From assembly GCA_951406725.2 (NCBI GenBank), contig OX597830.1, forward strand, positions 59,458,001-59,522,000: DNA of 64,000 nucleotides. The letters are read 5' to 3'. Positions 26,026 to 37,367 of the stretch are shown in pieces. Position numbers and translations under genes: made by a program. The first letter of the stretch is position 1. Every line of letters starts with the position of its first letter. A model generated the notes under the pieces. The model had not been told where the DNA came from. It saw only the letters and a program-made list of their open reading frames with translations, and did not search any database. The stretch is from Octopus vulgaris (lineage: Eukaryota).

Positions 26026-26609
26026 AAGAAACTGACCTACACTCAGAGTTGGAGAGGAATGAGCTTCGTATTTAAACTATCCAACATTCACTTTATATCT
26101 TGAGGGCATCTCTACAACTCCATTCTGAGTGGAAGACCCAGGGAAGGAAGAAAAACATTGGTATACCTTGTGTAAAGAGTCTATTTATGTAAATAGTACA
26201 GAAAACATCAATAGTATAGAGTTTAGCAACAACTGGGAGAGTTCAGTTTTGCCACAACCATTGCATCTAAATTTCTTCTTCTTTCTGCTATAGACACAAG
26301 GCCTAAAACTTTGGGGGAAGCAGGCAAGTCAGCTACATCAAACCAAGAGCTCAACTGCTTCTTATTTTATCAACCCCCAAAAAGATGAAAAGCGAAGTCA
26401 ACCTTGGTAGAATCAGAACTCAAAACATTTTGTCTGGCACTAAACATTTTGTCTGGCATTACAACAATTCTGCCAGTTTAAGAGAATTGTCTTTTCTCTT
26501 AAATATTTAATCATAAATTTCAAAGGAATATTTACAAGAATCAGGAATTAAGTAGTGAAATATGAAATCAAAATTATAACTGTATCACTTGGACAATATC
26601 AAAAGTTAC

Positions 26610-26822
26610 CTCTTTTATATTTAATGATTCTCCAAGAATTATTGGTTCTAGGTTCTGCTTGGCCTGGGAAACCTTTGATTTAATATTGTTCCATCTTAGT
26701 GGGATATTTTCATATAAGGAAATAGATTCTGGTGGAAGCTGTTGTTCATAATTTCCAAGGATTTCCATAGTTTTCTTTACTATGCCAAAGTCATCATGGA
26801 TCTTGGTTTGAGTTAAGGAAAG
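26610..26822 (-). CDS. Dynein exon 14: LSLTQTKIHDDFGIVRKTMEILGNYEQQLPPESISLYENIPLRWNNIKSKVSQAKQNLEPIILGESLNIKE
   Basis: Acceptor ttgacag, donor gtaact; 213 nt, phase 0-0. Resembles the outer-arm beta-type 'F.pl..ti.lL..Y...lP........P..W...K' segment. Confidence 0.92.
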
Positions 26823-27049
26823 CTGTCAAAGAAAGAACAAGTTGCACATTTATTAATGGATTTATTTATTTATTTTCATTCAGTTATTTCCTGCTGATGT
26901 CTAATATAATATGTAGAATTTGGGATAATATATTGTGTTACTGGAATAAGTTTTAATTCATTTAGCCATTTTCCCTAACAGCATAAATGTTTCAAATATT
27001 GAAATATATATTTTCAACAAGAACATATCTATATTTATCTATCTGTCTA

Positions 27050-27050
27050 T

Positions 27051-27091
<41 letters not shown>

Positions 27092-27172
27092 TATGTGTAT
27101 ATATGTATGTATGTGTGTGTATGTATATATATATATATGTGTGTATATATATATATATCTGTATATATATGC

Positions 27173-27206
<34 letters not shown>

Positions 27207-27275
27207 GTATGTATGAGTGTGTGTATATATGTATGTATATGTGTCTATGTGTGTATATATGTGTGTGTGTGTGTA
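27050..27275. repeat. Compound (TA)n/(TG)n microsatellite
   Basis: Direct inspection. Confidence 0.95.
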
Positions 27276-28067
27276 CGTACTGTAAACAAAGTGAAAATAT
27301 AATAAAATATTGACAGAAATCATTGGATTTCTTGGTATAAGTTTGATACTTTAAATATTTGCTTTCCATGCTGATAAATGGTTGGAAACAAATATTTGCT
27401 TCCTATCCTCATAAATTATGGGAAATAAAGCTAATAACGAAAAAAGTGTTGTTGTTAGAAAACTGGGAATCAGAAGAGTGGTAGGTCTCCATTCCAATTC
27501 CATTCCATTAATCAAATATCTTTAATCTTTTACTTGTGAAGTGTCAGACTTGGTTTTTTTCAGAGCTTTTAGTGTTTCGCTATTGTTTAATTTTCATGAA
27601 AGGGTTTCGACAATTTAGCAGGAATTCATTAATTTTATGAATCAGTAACGTCTGAAAGCCCTTCTTGACATAAAAATAGCATTGATACAACACAATCAGA
27701 GTTCAAAGATAAATCTATCTTGGATTTGTGTAGGCATGGCTGTATGATTAACTAGTTTACATATCAAACAGTAGTCTTGGGTTCAATTCTTATGTGCAGC
27801 ACATTGGGAAAGTGTCTTCTATCATAGAATTGGATCAACCAATGCTGTATAAGTGAATATAAGCTGACAAAACTGTACAAAAGATCATTAAATGAATGCA
27901 TGCACCCACTCGCATACACACATACAAGAAAAAGAGAGACACAGACACACAGACAGATCTGCAAAACGTTTGCATGATCTGATACAAACCCAACACTTTT
28001 AACATGTCTTTTTTTTTACATTATTAAAGCCATTGTGTCTTGTATAAGTCATGAAGTCCTCTCCATT

Positions 28068-28271
28068 CTTTTACTTTTTTACTTGTTTCAGCCATTTGAC
28101 TGCGGCCATGCTGGAGCACTGCCTTAAAGGATTTTAGTCGAAGAAATTGCCCTCAGGACTTATTCTTTGTAAACCTAGTACTTATTCTACCATTCTCTTT
28201 TGCCAAACCACTAAATTACAGGGATATAAACACACCAGCATCGGTTGTCAAGCAATGATGGGTAGAGGACA

Positions 28272-28308
<37 letters not shown>

Positions 28309-28315
28309 ACACACA

Positions 28316-28353
<38 letters not shown>

Positions 28354-28702
28354 TCCAGGTTCAGTCCCACTGCATGTCAGCTTGGGCAAGTGTCTCCTAC
28401 TATAGCCTCGGGCAGACCAAGGCCTTGTGAGAGGATTTGTAAATGGAAACTGAAAGAAGCCTGTTGTATATATATATGTCTGTGTGTATACGTTTGTGTG
28501 TCTGTGTTTGTCCCCTCAACATCGCTCGACAACCGATGCTGGTGTGTTTACGTCCCCCGTAACTTAGCAGTTTGGCAAAAGAGACCGACAGAATAAGTAC
28601 TAGGCTTACAAAGTTATAGGTCCTGGGGTCGATTTGCTTGACTAAAGACGGTGCTCTAGCATGGCCTCAGTCAAATGACTGAAACAAGTCAATGAGTAAA
28701 AG
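28068..28702. mobile_element. Two family A SINEs in opposite orientation (minus-strand 3' half, then plus-strand copy)
   Basis: ~28075-28280 is the reverse complement of ~28495-28700. Confidence 0.85.
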
Positions 28703-31422
28703 ACATATATATACACACAATTAACTAACTAACTAACTAACTAACAATGGGTTTATCATTTCTTTAATGACAATAGTTAGTTTTAATTTCCTCAAGCCTT
28801 TGATCTTCAATTTAACTCTAATTTTCTCTACAAGGCCTTCCACTGATTCTAAAAACAAACCTTCTACTCAAAAATTATTAATCTTTTCAGCTTCCTTATG
28901 TTTTGTCCCCTTCATCATCAACAGCCTTTAGTCCCCTATTGTGAATAACACTTAACCCATCAGCATTTAAACTGGCTATACCTGGCCAAAAGTATTCTGC
29001 CTGTTTTATGTTCAAACTGACCAGATCTGGCTTCTCACACTTACCCTGCATTGTCTTTCTAAAAATAAACAATCCCATCATCAAAATCTTTAATCTACAA
29101 GATAATGCAGGATTAATTCAATGGCTGTGTGGTTAGGGAGCTTGCTTCCTAGCTATGTGGTTTCGGGTTCAGTCCCACTGCGTGGCACTTTGGGTAGGTG
29201 TCTTTCACTATAGCCCCGAGCCGACTGGAGCGTTGTGATTGAATTCGGTAGGTGGAAGTTACTGCCGTGTGTGTATATGTGCGTATAGCTGCTCAGTGCC
29301 TCTCCGAAAGCGAGAGAGGGAAATGTGAATTAATAAGGATTACTTTTGACAGAATAATCTGAATGCTAAAGGGTTGAGTCCCCTGCATGAACATACCCAT
29401 ATAAGTGGTAAGGAGTTTGCTTCCCAACCACATGTTTCTGGGTTCAATCCCACTGCGTGGCACCTTGGGCACATGTCTTTGACTATCACCTCAGACTGAT
29501 CAAAACCTTGCAAGCAGATTTGGTAGACAGAAACTGAAAGAAGCCCATTGTGTATGTGTGTGTGTGTTTGCATGTGTGTGCATGAGTGTGCATGTGTGTG
29601 AGTGTGTGTGTATGAGTGTGTGAGTGTGTGTGTGAGTATGTGTGTGTGTGTGTGTGCGCATGTGTGCGTAAGTGTGTGAATGTGTGTGTGCGAGTGTGTA
29701 TGTGTTCGCATGCGTGTATGTGTATGTGTGTGTGCATGTGCGTGAGTGTGTGAGTGTGTGTGTGTGTGTGTGTGTGCATGTGAATGTCCCACCACTGCTT
29801 GACAGCATACAGTTATTACAATTAAATATTTCACCAATCATTAGTTGGTTTGTGTGGTTCAGACATAATTGATGAAACCTATCCTTAAAAATTGAATTTA
29901 AATCCAGACCATCAATAAATTTATTGACTAAAGGAACAGTTTCAAATTCGTTTCCAACCTCAGAATATAGAAATGGATGAAATGCCGCTAAGCATTTTAC
30001 CCAGCATGCTAATAATGCTGTCATCTTGCTACCCTAACTAGCATCTGTAATATTAATATTACCACATATGCTCTTTAAACTTTTAAATTAATACGATCTC
30101 AGTAACACACATTTGTATAACTACCCTTAAGTATATATAAAGCCCATTAATCTTCTTCCACCTTATCTGTAACTCTTTAAGCATTCGTTTTATCAACTTT
30201 CTTTCTCCTTCTGAGATTACCTTACCTTCTTAGAATCTGGTAGTGTAAAATAAAAGCAGTCTGCATTTTGCCATGTGACATCGTTTTGTCTCTCATAACC
30301 ATACTGTTTAAGGCCATTGAATGTATATTCCAAACTGCTGATCTAACCACAAAATTTTCCCTTTTGACCAGTCAATAACTCCGTATACCAGAAGCCAGCA
30401 AGTGTATGGGGTCATCAGGAGAGAATGCGTGCCGTTTCGGGGCCTACCTCTCAATGGCATCAATGCGCACCAGCACCCCTCACTGATATGAGGCCCTGCT
30501 TGCTAGATCAGCTGATTATCAAATAAAGCTCACTATCCTTCTAGCCATCATTATATAATCATTGTTTAATGTCCACTTTCCATGCTGGCATGGCTTAGAT
30601 GGTCTGACAGAAAATAGCAGGCCAAAGAACTGTACCAGGCTGTATTATCTGTTTTGGCACAGTTTCAGTGACATCCACCCCATATCAACCACTTTAGAGA
30701 GTAAACTGAATGCTTTTTACATGGCATCAACACAGGTGGGAGTCACGTAGTAATTTGCAAGATAAAGACCCCTGGCTGGTCAGGGCAGTAGTACTGAAGG
30801 AGGTGGTCTTGTGCCAGGTGAGAGGCTAAAGTGTAATAGAGGGATAGAAAATAGTATCAAGCTATACTTGGCCACTTCAGTCGGAAAAGAAAGGAGAGGA
30901 AAGAAAGCTAGGGTTAGAGAGAAAGGTAGAGAGACAGACATAGTGAGAGAGATAGAGAGACAGACATAACAAGAGAGATGTGTTGGGACATACCCTCAAG
31001 GTACAGCTAGGGTGAATCTAAGTGGTACAGAGGATTGGGCAGGGGAGATAGAGAGGGGGTGTTTCATAAGAGTATGAGGGAAGGTGGTTAGAGATGGAGA
31101 AGAGATGACTGTACCAAGTGATGGTGAAAGATATAAGAGTGGTTCAGTGGGAGACAAACAATTGGTAATGCTAAGATTGTATCCCAGAAACTTATGATTG
31201 AAACTTTAAATCACCATACTGTGCAGAATATTACTTATGTTATTAATTACAGAAGAGGAGTCACAGAATTGTTTCAGATGGATAAAGTCCAAAGATTTTC
31301 AATCGACCTAAATGAAAGAGATGACATTCGACTCTACTCAGGTAGAATGAAACCCATCGTTATCAATAATTAGATTTAATGACATCAAAATCTCTTAGAA
31401 TATTGTTTCATTTATATCTCTA

Positions 31423-31947
31423 CTAGCAGCATAGCATGGCATTGCCCGGGTATGTAAGAGCCCCTGGAGCAGACATGATGCTCGCTGTGAATTAAAAAAA
31501 AATTCCTGCCAATTTGAGAAAGATATTGTCGAAAATATGTCATCTTGAATTTGAACGCGATTTCCCAAAATGGCATGATTTTATCGATTTTTTCTGATGG
31601 TAAGGTATTGCATGGAAAACTAACGTCAGAATTAAGTTTCTTAGGTAACATTAAGCTTCACCATGAGTTTGGTGAAAATCGATTGCAAGTTGCGAAAACT
31701 ACAACAGAAAATGTGTTGCAAATAAAAAGCTTAGATTCTCGACCCCATGTCGAATCTATCGATTTTTTTCAGAACTGGGGGAATTTTTCAAAATTTTCGC
31801 TTCGTTAGTTTTGAATTATGACATTGGGCTATGTGTGTGTCAAGTTTCATTAAAATCGGTTGAAAGCCGTGGTCAGGGTGAGGGTACAACCTGACAGACA
31901 CACAGACACACAGACAGACAAACTGCCGTTTATATATATAGAGAAGA
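31423..31947 (-). mobile_element. Non-autonomous Helitron
   Basis: On the minus strand: 5' TC(TTCTCTATATATATAAAC), (TGTC)n microsatellite, subterminal GC-rich hairpin remnant cccgggcaatgcc, 3' CTAG; inserted between A and T with no TSD. Confidence 0.8.
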
Positions 31948-32056
31948 TTAATATGTTAGCTTTAAATACTTTTGAGACATTTCCAATGAATTTATGATGG
32001 AAAAATATATTTTAAATAAAATGAAATCAAACAAAAGAACAATTTTATCCTCAAAC

Positions 32057-32179
32057 CTGATTAGAAAGCTTTATAAACCTGGTGAAAGAATTCACATTTT
32101 TCTCACTACCAAATATTTCTTCAATCTCATCTTCAAATCTTTTGACATCTTCGTCAACTTCTTTAAGGGCACAAGTAAC
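32057..32179 (-). CDS. Dynein exon 13: VTCALKEVDEDVKRFEDEIEEIFGSEKNVNSFTRFIKLSNQ
   Basis: Acceptor tttccag, donor gtttga; 123 nt, phase 0-0. Confidence 0.85.
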
Positions 32180-33480
32180 CTGGAAACAGAAGGATAAAAT
32201 CCTTCATCAAAATCTTCATTATTATTTCACTCTTCAAACTCTTATCGATATCATTATGATCACTAAGACCACCACAGCCACCTCCAGTGCATATATATTG
32301 ACTTACGTTCCTATTACCCAGCCACTTTCTCACTTCACAGTTCATCTATGATGCAAGCAAACATTGCTTATCTAATAAATCATCTGCAGTTAATTCCTTT
32401 CCTTCTTCCACAGATCTTTCATATTTAGTATCCATGTTCTCATTACAATGCAACATCACAATTCATAAACTTCAGAGAAATTGTGAACATCGCCATTCCA
32501 CTTTTCTACTTTAGCTACTATACTTTTACTTAATTAATCAAGACCAAGGTTAATTAAACCATCTGGAAAACGTCTATTAAATATATTAAATCTATCGAGC
32601 TATTTGAACTGTTCATGAGCTTCGGTTAATGTATGCTCTTCTTACTAACAATTTCTCTTCATCTAACTCATCTGAAGATCTTAACCCCTATTAATCACAT
32701 TCATCATCATCACAGTCATTTAATGCTTATTTTCCCTATGCTTGCATGGTTCAGACAGAATTTGTTGAGGTAGATTTTCTACAACCAAATGTCCTTCTTG
32801 TCACCAACCTTCATCTGTTTCCAAGCAATGTAATATTTTTCCCTATCTAGACACATCTTTTCAGATGACTAGAAATGAAAACCCCTACTCATTTCAAACC
32901 ATCATGCACACACACACACAATGGACTTCTTTCAGTTTCTGTCTACCAAATCCACTCAAAAGTCTTCAGCTATAGAAGAAGACTCTAGACAGTGTGAACT
33001 CAGTGCAATCAACAGGTACACATAAGATATACTAAAATATCTGGCACCAGTGTGGCAGTGTAGTTAAGAAGCTGGCTTCCCAACCATGTGGTCTTGGGTT
33101 CAGTCCAACTGCACAGCACCTTGGGCAAAAGCCTTCTACAATAACACTGGACTGATGAGAATCTAGTGTGTGGATTTGCACACAGAAACTGAAAACTGAA
33201 AGAAGCTCATCATAGAGGACTTTGTTCTGTCTTGCAAGTTATTTGGTGACCCCACTGATGCTGGTGCCATGAAGAAAAGCACCCAATATACTCTGTGATG
33301 TAGTTCACATTAGGAAGGGCCTCCAGCCATAGAAACCATGCCAAAACAGACAATAGAGCTTGGTTCAGCCCTCTGGCTCACCAGCTCTTGTCCAACTATC
33401 CAGTCCATGCCAGCATGGAAGACAGACATTTAATGATGGTGATGTGTGTGTGTATGTGTATACACATTATATATATATAT

Positions 33481-33816
33481 TCAGACCCCCTTCAGTCACG
33501 AATGACCGTGGGATTGAACCTAGAAAGTTACCCTCCTAGGCACAAGTCTGGGCAAGGTTGTTTATGGAAGACCAGCAGTCGCCCATGCATACTGGTCTCC
33601 CCTCTCCACATCACCGATGTTATTCAAGGGAAAGGCAAAGGCCGATACAGCATGGTATCAGTGACGTTGCAACTCATTTCTGCAGCTGAGTGAACTGGAG
33701 CAACATGAAATAAAGTGTCTTGCTCAAGAACACAATATGCAGCCCGGTCCTGGATTCGAACTCACAACCTCACACTCGTAAGCTTGACACTCTAACCACT
33801 GAGTCATGCGCCTTCA
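33481..33816 (-). mobile_element. tRNA-derived SINE family D (CORE-like body)
   Basis: Minus head gaaggcgcatgactcagtggttagag...gagttcgaatcc, then ttgtgttcttgagcaagacacttta. Confidence 0.82.
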
Positions 33817-33825
33817 CACGCACAT

Positions 33826-33875
<50 letters not shown>

Positions 33876-34295
33876 GTATGTATACAGTGTACTGTTCCAT
33901 GATAGAAAGTTCAACAAAAACAAATACTCCATCTGGTGAAAGATAAATATTATTTGAAAGACACGATACATATTTTTGTGTGCTGCTAATAGTTTCATGT
34001 GTTGAGAAATACCTCAAATATATTCATCAGGCACAAACCATATATCATAATGAACTGAAATATACATAAACGTGTGTGTTTGCATGTACCCTTGTCTTGA
34101 CATCACGGTTGTAAATGAGGATCGCTAACATACAAGCAGTGTTGTTCATTTCTAGGGTTTTGTGAAAAGCATGCCTTACCACGGGGAAATATTACCTTGC
34201 TTGGAAACTGGTGACCATTAGCAACAATAAGGGTGCTTGGCTGTAGAAACCCTGTCATAACAAACCCATGTGAGCATAGAAAAGCAGATGTTAAA

Positions 34296-34358
34296 TGATG
34301 ATGATGATGATGGTAGTGATGGTGGTGATGATGATGATGATGGTAGTGATGGTGGTGG

Positions 34359-34411
<53 letters not shown>

Positions 34412-34470
34412 TGATGGTGATGGTGTTGGTAGTGACGATGACGATGACAATGATGATGGTGATTATCATT
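34296..34470. repeat. (GAT/GGT)n trinucleotide microsatellite
   Basis: Direct inspection. Confidence 0.95.
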
Positions 34471-35096
34471 GCCTTCAAATATAAATGAATATCCTGGAAT
34501 CCTTCATCTATCTCCATATCTCATCTTAATCTTAGTGAAAGTAGAGTATAGTAATTTCACATACCTGATATTAATTACATCAATTAGCAATATAAACAGT
34601 AGTATACACCTGGCTAGCACAGCTCAGACTAATATTGGTCAGTAAGTTCCTATTAAACATTGTCACAACCAGAGTAACAATTATGGTTAACATAGCACCA
34701 ATCATTGTTATATTCTTACTTACATAACAACAGTGGAAATGACAGTCATCTGCATATTTCTTGTTAACAGAACAATATTTTAGAGTAATAATTTTCAATA
34801 AACATAATTTAATATAATAACATTTAGACCTAAGGTTGGCAAAGTAGAAAGTATTGATACTTGGGTGTCTATGCAGCTATCCAGGAGTTGTTTAACACCA
34901 GAAATGATTTTGAGCATTAAAGGTGCTGAATATGAAAGAGTACAGTTAATTTATGGCTAAAACTAATTAATTTCTAGCAAATAACTAGTATTCACCAAAT
35001 ATGTATTTCACCATTCCAAGGTGACATTGAACCTCTGGAGATTTTCCAGCCGACTAATAATAAAAATAAACCAAACAACACTATTATTCTACTCAC

Positions 35097-35237
35097 TTGC
35101 TGAGACAGGGATCTCGTTAACGTTAACATCTTCTTACTATACATTATATCGACTGTCTGCTTGATTGATTCCATGTTGATCCGGATCCAGCCAATATCCA
35201 CGAAATCAGGAACATTATGAAGTGTCTGTTTTATTTC
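35097..35237 (-). CDS. Dynein exon 12: EIKQTLHNVPDFVDIGWIRINMESIKQTVDIMYSKKMLTLTRSLSQQ
   Basis: Acceptor ttggcag, donor gtgagt; 141 nt, phase 0-0. 'GW.ri....iK' motif. Confidence 0.92.
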
Positions 35238-35567
35238 CTGCCAAGAGAAGGTTTAAACAACAACAAAAAATGTCAGTGTTAATATGTCTGTATTTTATTT
35301 CAGTACAAAAAGTGACGGCCATTAAAACTAAGCTCAAATATTAAGTGTTTGACTATTTTATTCAGGAGACTTCTAACTTGACTTTTGATCCCACTTCCAT
35401 ATTTCATTCTAAGAATTTCTTTTTTTTTTTTTTCTGCCTATAAGAGCAGGCATGGTTGTGTGGTAAGAAGCTTGTTTTCCAATCACATCATTCAGAGTTC
35501 AGTCCCATTGCGTGGAACCTTGGGCAGTGACTTTAACAAGTATTCCACGTTATAAATATATTCTTAC

Positions 35568-35682
35568 CTTATACTTTTCACCTTTAGCATCTAATTCTTC
35601 CAAATTCTTTGAATTTAGCAAATCCTTGGAAGTCAAAGCTTTATCTTCATCCATCTCTCCATCAGGTTCTTGTTTAATATTT
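35568..35682 (-). CDS. Dynein exon 11: NIKQEPDGEMDEDKALTSKDLLNSKNLEELDAKGEKYK
   Basis: Acceptor ttaacag, donor gtaaga; 115 nt, phase 2-0. Confidence 0.85.
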
Positions 35683-35709
35683 CTGTTAATAAATAAAAAA
35701 AACATGCTT

Positions 35710-36250
35710 TACATTATTTGCAATTGATGGATATTTGTCCTCATCTTGCTTGTTGTTAACACAACATTTCAGCCTTCATCAAGTGTCTTGCGGAAATTTC
35801 GAACCTGGGTTCTCATTCCTTCAATGTTGTTATTATCATTATTATTATTCAGGTCACTGCCTGGAATCGAACTCGGAATCTTAGGGTTAGTTGCCTGCGC
35901 TCTTAACCACTACGCCATATGCCCGTGGGCAATAATGGAGTGAATTTTAAGGCTTATAAATCTAATATTCTCCTATCCTTCCTTAATACTGGTTCCCATA
36001 TGTTATTCATATCTGCACTCGGTCTGCTTAGGAGGTTGTTGTGTCCTAGTATATGTGCTGCTGCTTTTAGTTTTTCTATCTTCCATGGGTGTTCTCTGTC
36101 TATTATTTTAACTTCATCCCACAGGGCGAGGTGGTCTCCATTTTTCCATTCCTGTTGTTAATTTGGGGTCCTAGTCCGTTTATGAGGATAGCTTCCTTAA
36201 TTCTTGGATTACCCAAATTTTTTTCATTGGCCTCAATTGTGACTGTTATA
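35710..36250 (-). mobile_element. Penelope-like element 3' end: GIY-YIG C-terminus, tRNA-like segment and hammerhead-bearing terminal repeat
   Basis: Minus frame TIEANEKNLGNPRIKEAILINGLGPQINNRNG matches the R.IKEAI.I....P.iN PLE endonuclease tail; terminal segment is shared with 62110-62245. Confidence 0.72.
35851..35924 (-). ncRNA. tRNA-like sequence / Pol III type-2 promoter embedded in the PLE 3' region (probably not a functional tRNA)
   Basis: GGGCATA-TGGCGTAGTGG (A box)-TTAAGAGCGC...GAGTTCGATTCC (B box)-AGGCAGTGACC; acceptor and anticodon stems are imperfect. Confidence 0.7.
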
Positions 36251-36259
36251 TATATACAT

Positions 36260-36331
<72 letters not shown>

Positions 36332-36358
36332 GTCTTTTTTCGTAGCGTTTTTCAGATG

Positions 36359-36428
36359 GCCAGATAACTGAAGAGATGGTGGTGTGGATTTCCACCTCGG
36401 CATCCAAAACTCAGAGTTTTATTTTGGC
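36359..36428 (+). ncRNA. Degenerate type I hammerhead-ribozyme-like motif
   Basis: Stem I GCCAGATAA/TTATTTTGGC, CTGAAGA, stem II GATG..GTGG-ATTT-CCAC..CATC, CAAAAC instead of CGAAAC, near-palindromic AACTCAGAGTT. Confidence 0.55.
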
Positions 36429-36742
36429 TACTGAGTAATTGTCACGTATTATTTTTATTATTTTTACAGATAAATTCCTCTATTTACATAATATTGAGGT
36501 CTCTTTCTTTCTTTTATTATCTTACCGTTTTTAACAATATATATAAATGGTGTACACAAGGTCTGGTTAAAAGGAACTGGTCTTTTGAGCCAATGCCACA
36601 AACAAGCCAATCAGGTGTGCTCATAATTAAAGTGGCACATTAGTTATTCCTTAATTAACATCTGTTACAGTGAACTCATGTTAGTGAACTTAGCTGTTTG
36701 CCTCAACTTAAACAAAAAAGGGTACCCCCCCCCCCACTGTCC

Positions 36743-36796
<54 letters not shown>

Positions 36797-36855
36797 ATCT
36801 TTCACACATACATACTCATCATCTAACAAAATACATATTTTCCATAATTACTCAC

Positions 36856-36959
36856 AGTTCTCTGTTAGTTGATGCCTTGCACAAAATCACATCCAGATCT
36901 TCACATTCACTTTCCGGTGTCCACAGGTAACTATAAGGTTCAAATCGGCTGCTAACTTC
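36856..36959 (-). CDS. Dynein exon 10: EVSSRFEPYSYLWTPESECEDLDVILCKASTNRE(L)
   Basis: Acceptor gttgcag, donor gtgagt; 104 nt, phase 0-2. 'F..YsyLW' motif. Confidence 0.9.
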
Positions 36960-37335
36960 CTGCAACAGAAACAATTATGAAGTTATTCACTTCAAATCTA
37001 TTAGATTCTAATTAACTTTGGCACAAGCGCACCACAGCACAGAGTTGGGGGTGGGCATAGTCAATTACAGTTCTGGAGATAAGTAGTTTATTTTATTGAC
37101 TGACTGATAAATAAAAGACAAAGATGACCGGTGAGAGAATTTCAGATCAGAACATAAAGCAGCCATAACTAAATTCTACAAGACACAGGCATGTGTGTGT
37201 GTGGTTAAGAAAATCACTTTGCAACCATGTGGTTCCAGGTTCAGTACCATTCTGTAGCCTTCTACAATAGCCCTAGGTTGACCAATGCCTCATGAGTGAA
37301 TTTGATGGGCAGAAAATGTGTGGAAGTCTATTGTA

Positions 37336-37367
<32 letters not shown>

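Noticed and set aside
30220-30300. Donor-like AAG|gtaagg on the minus strand
   Set aside because: No convincing acceptor or motif, and exons 13 and 14 are already contiguous by homology.
35851-35924. Functional tRNA gene (also the SINE heads at 33740-33816 and 60928-61000)
   Set aside because: Acceptor and anticodon stems are mismatched, and each is fused to a repeat body.
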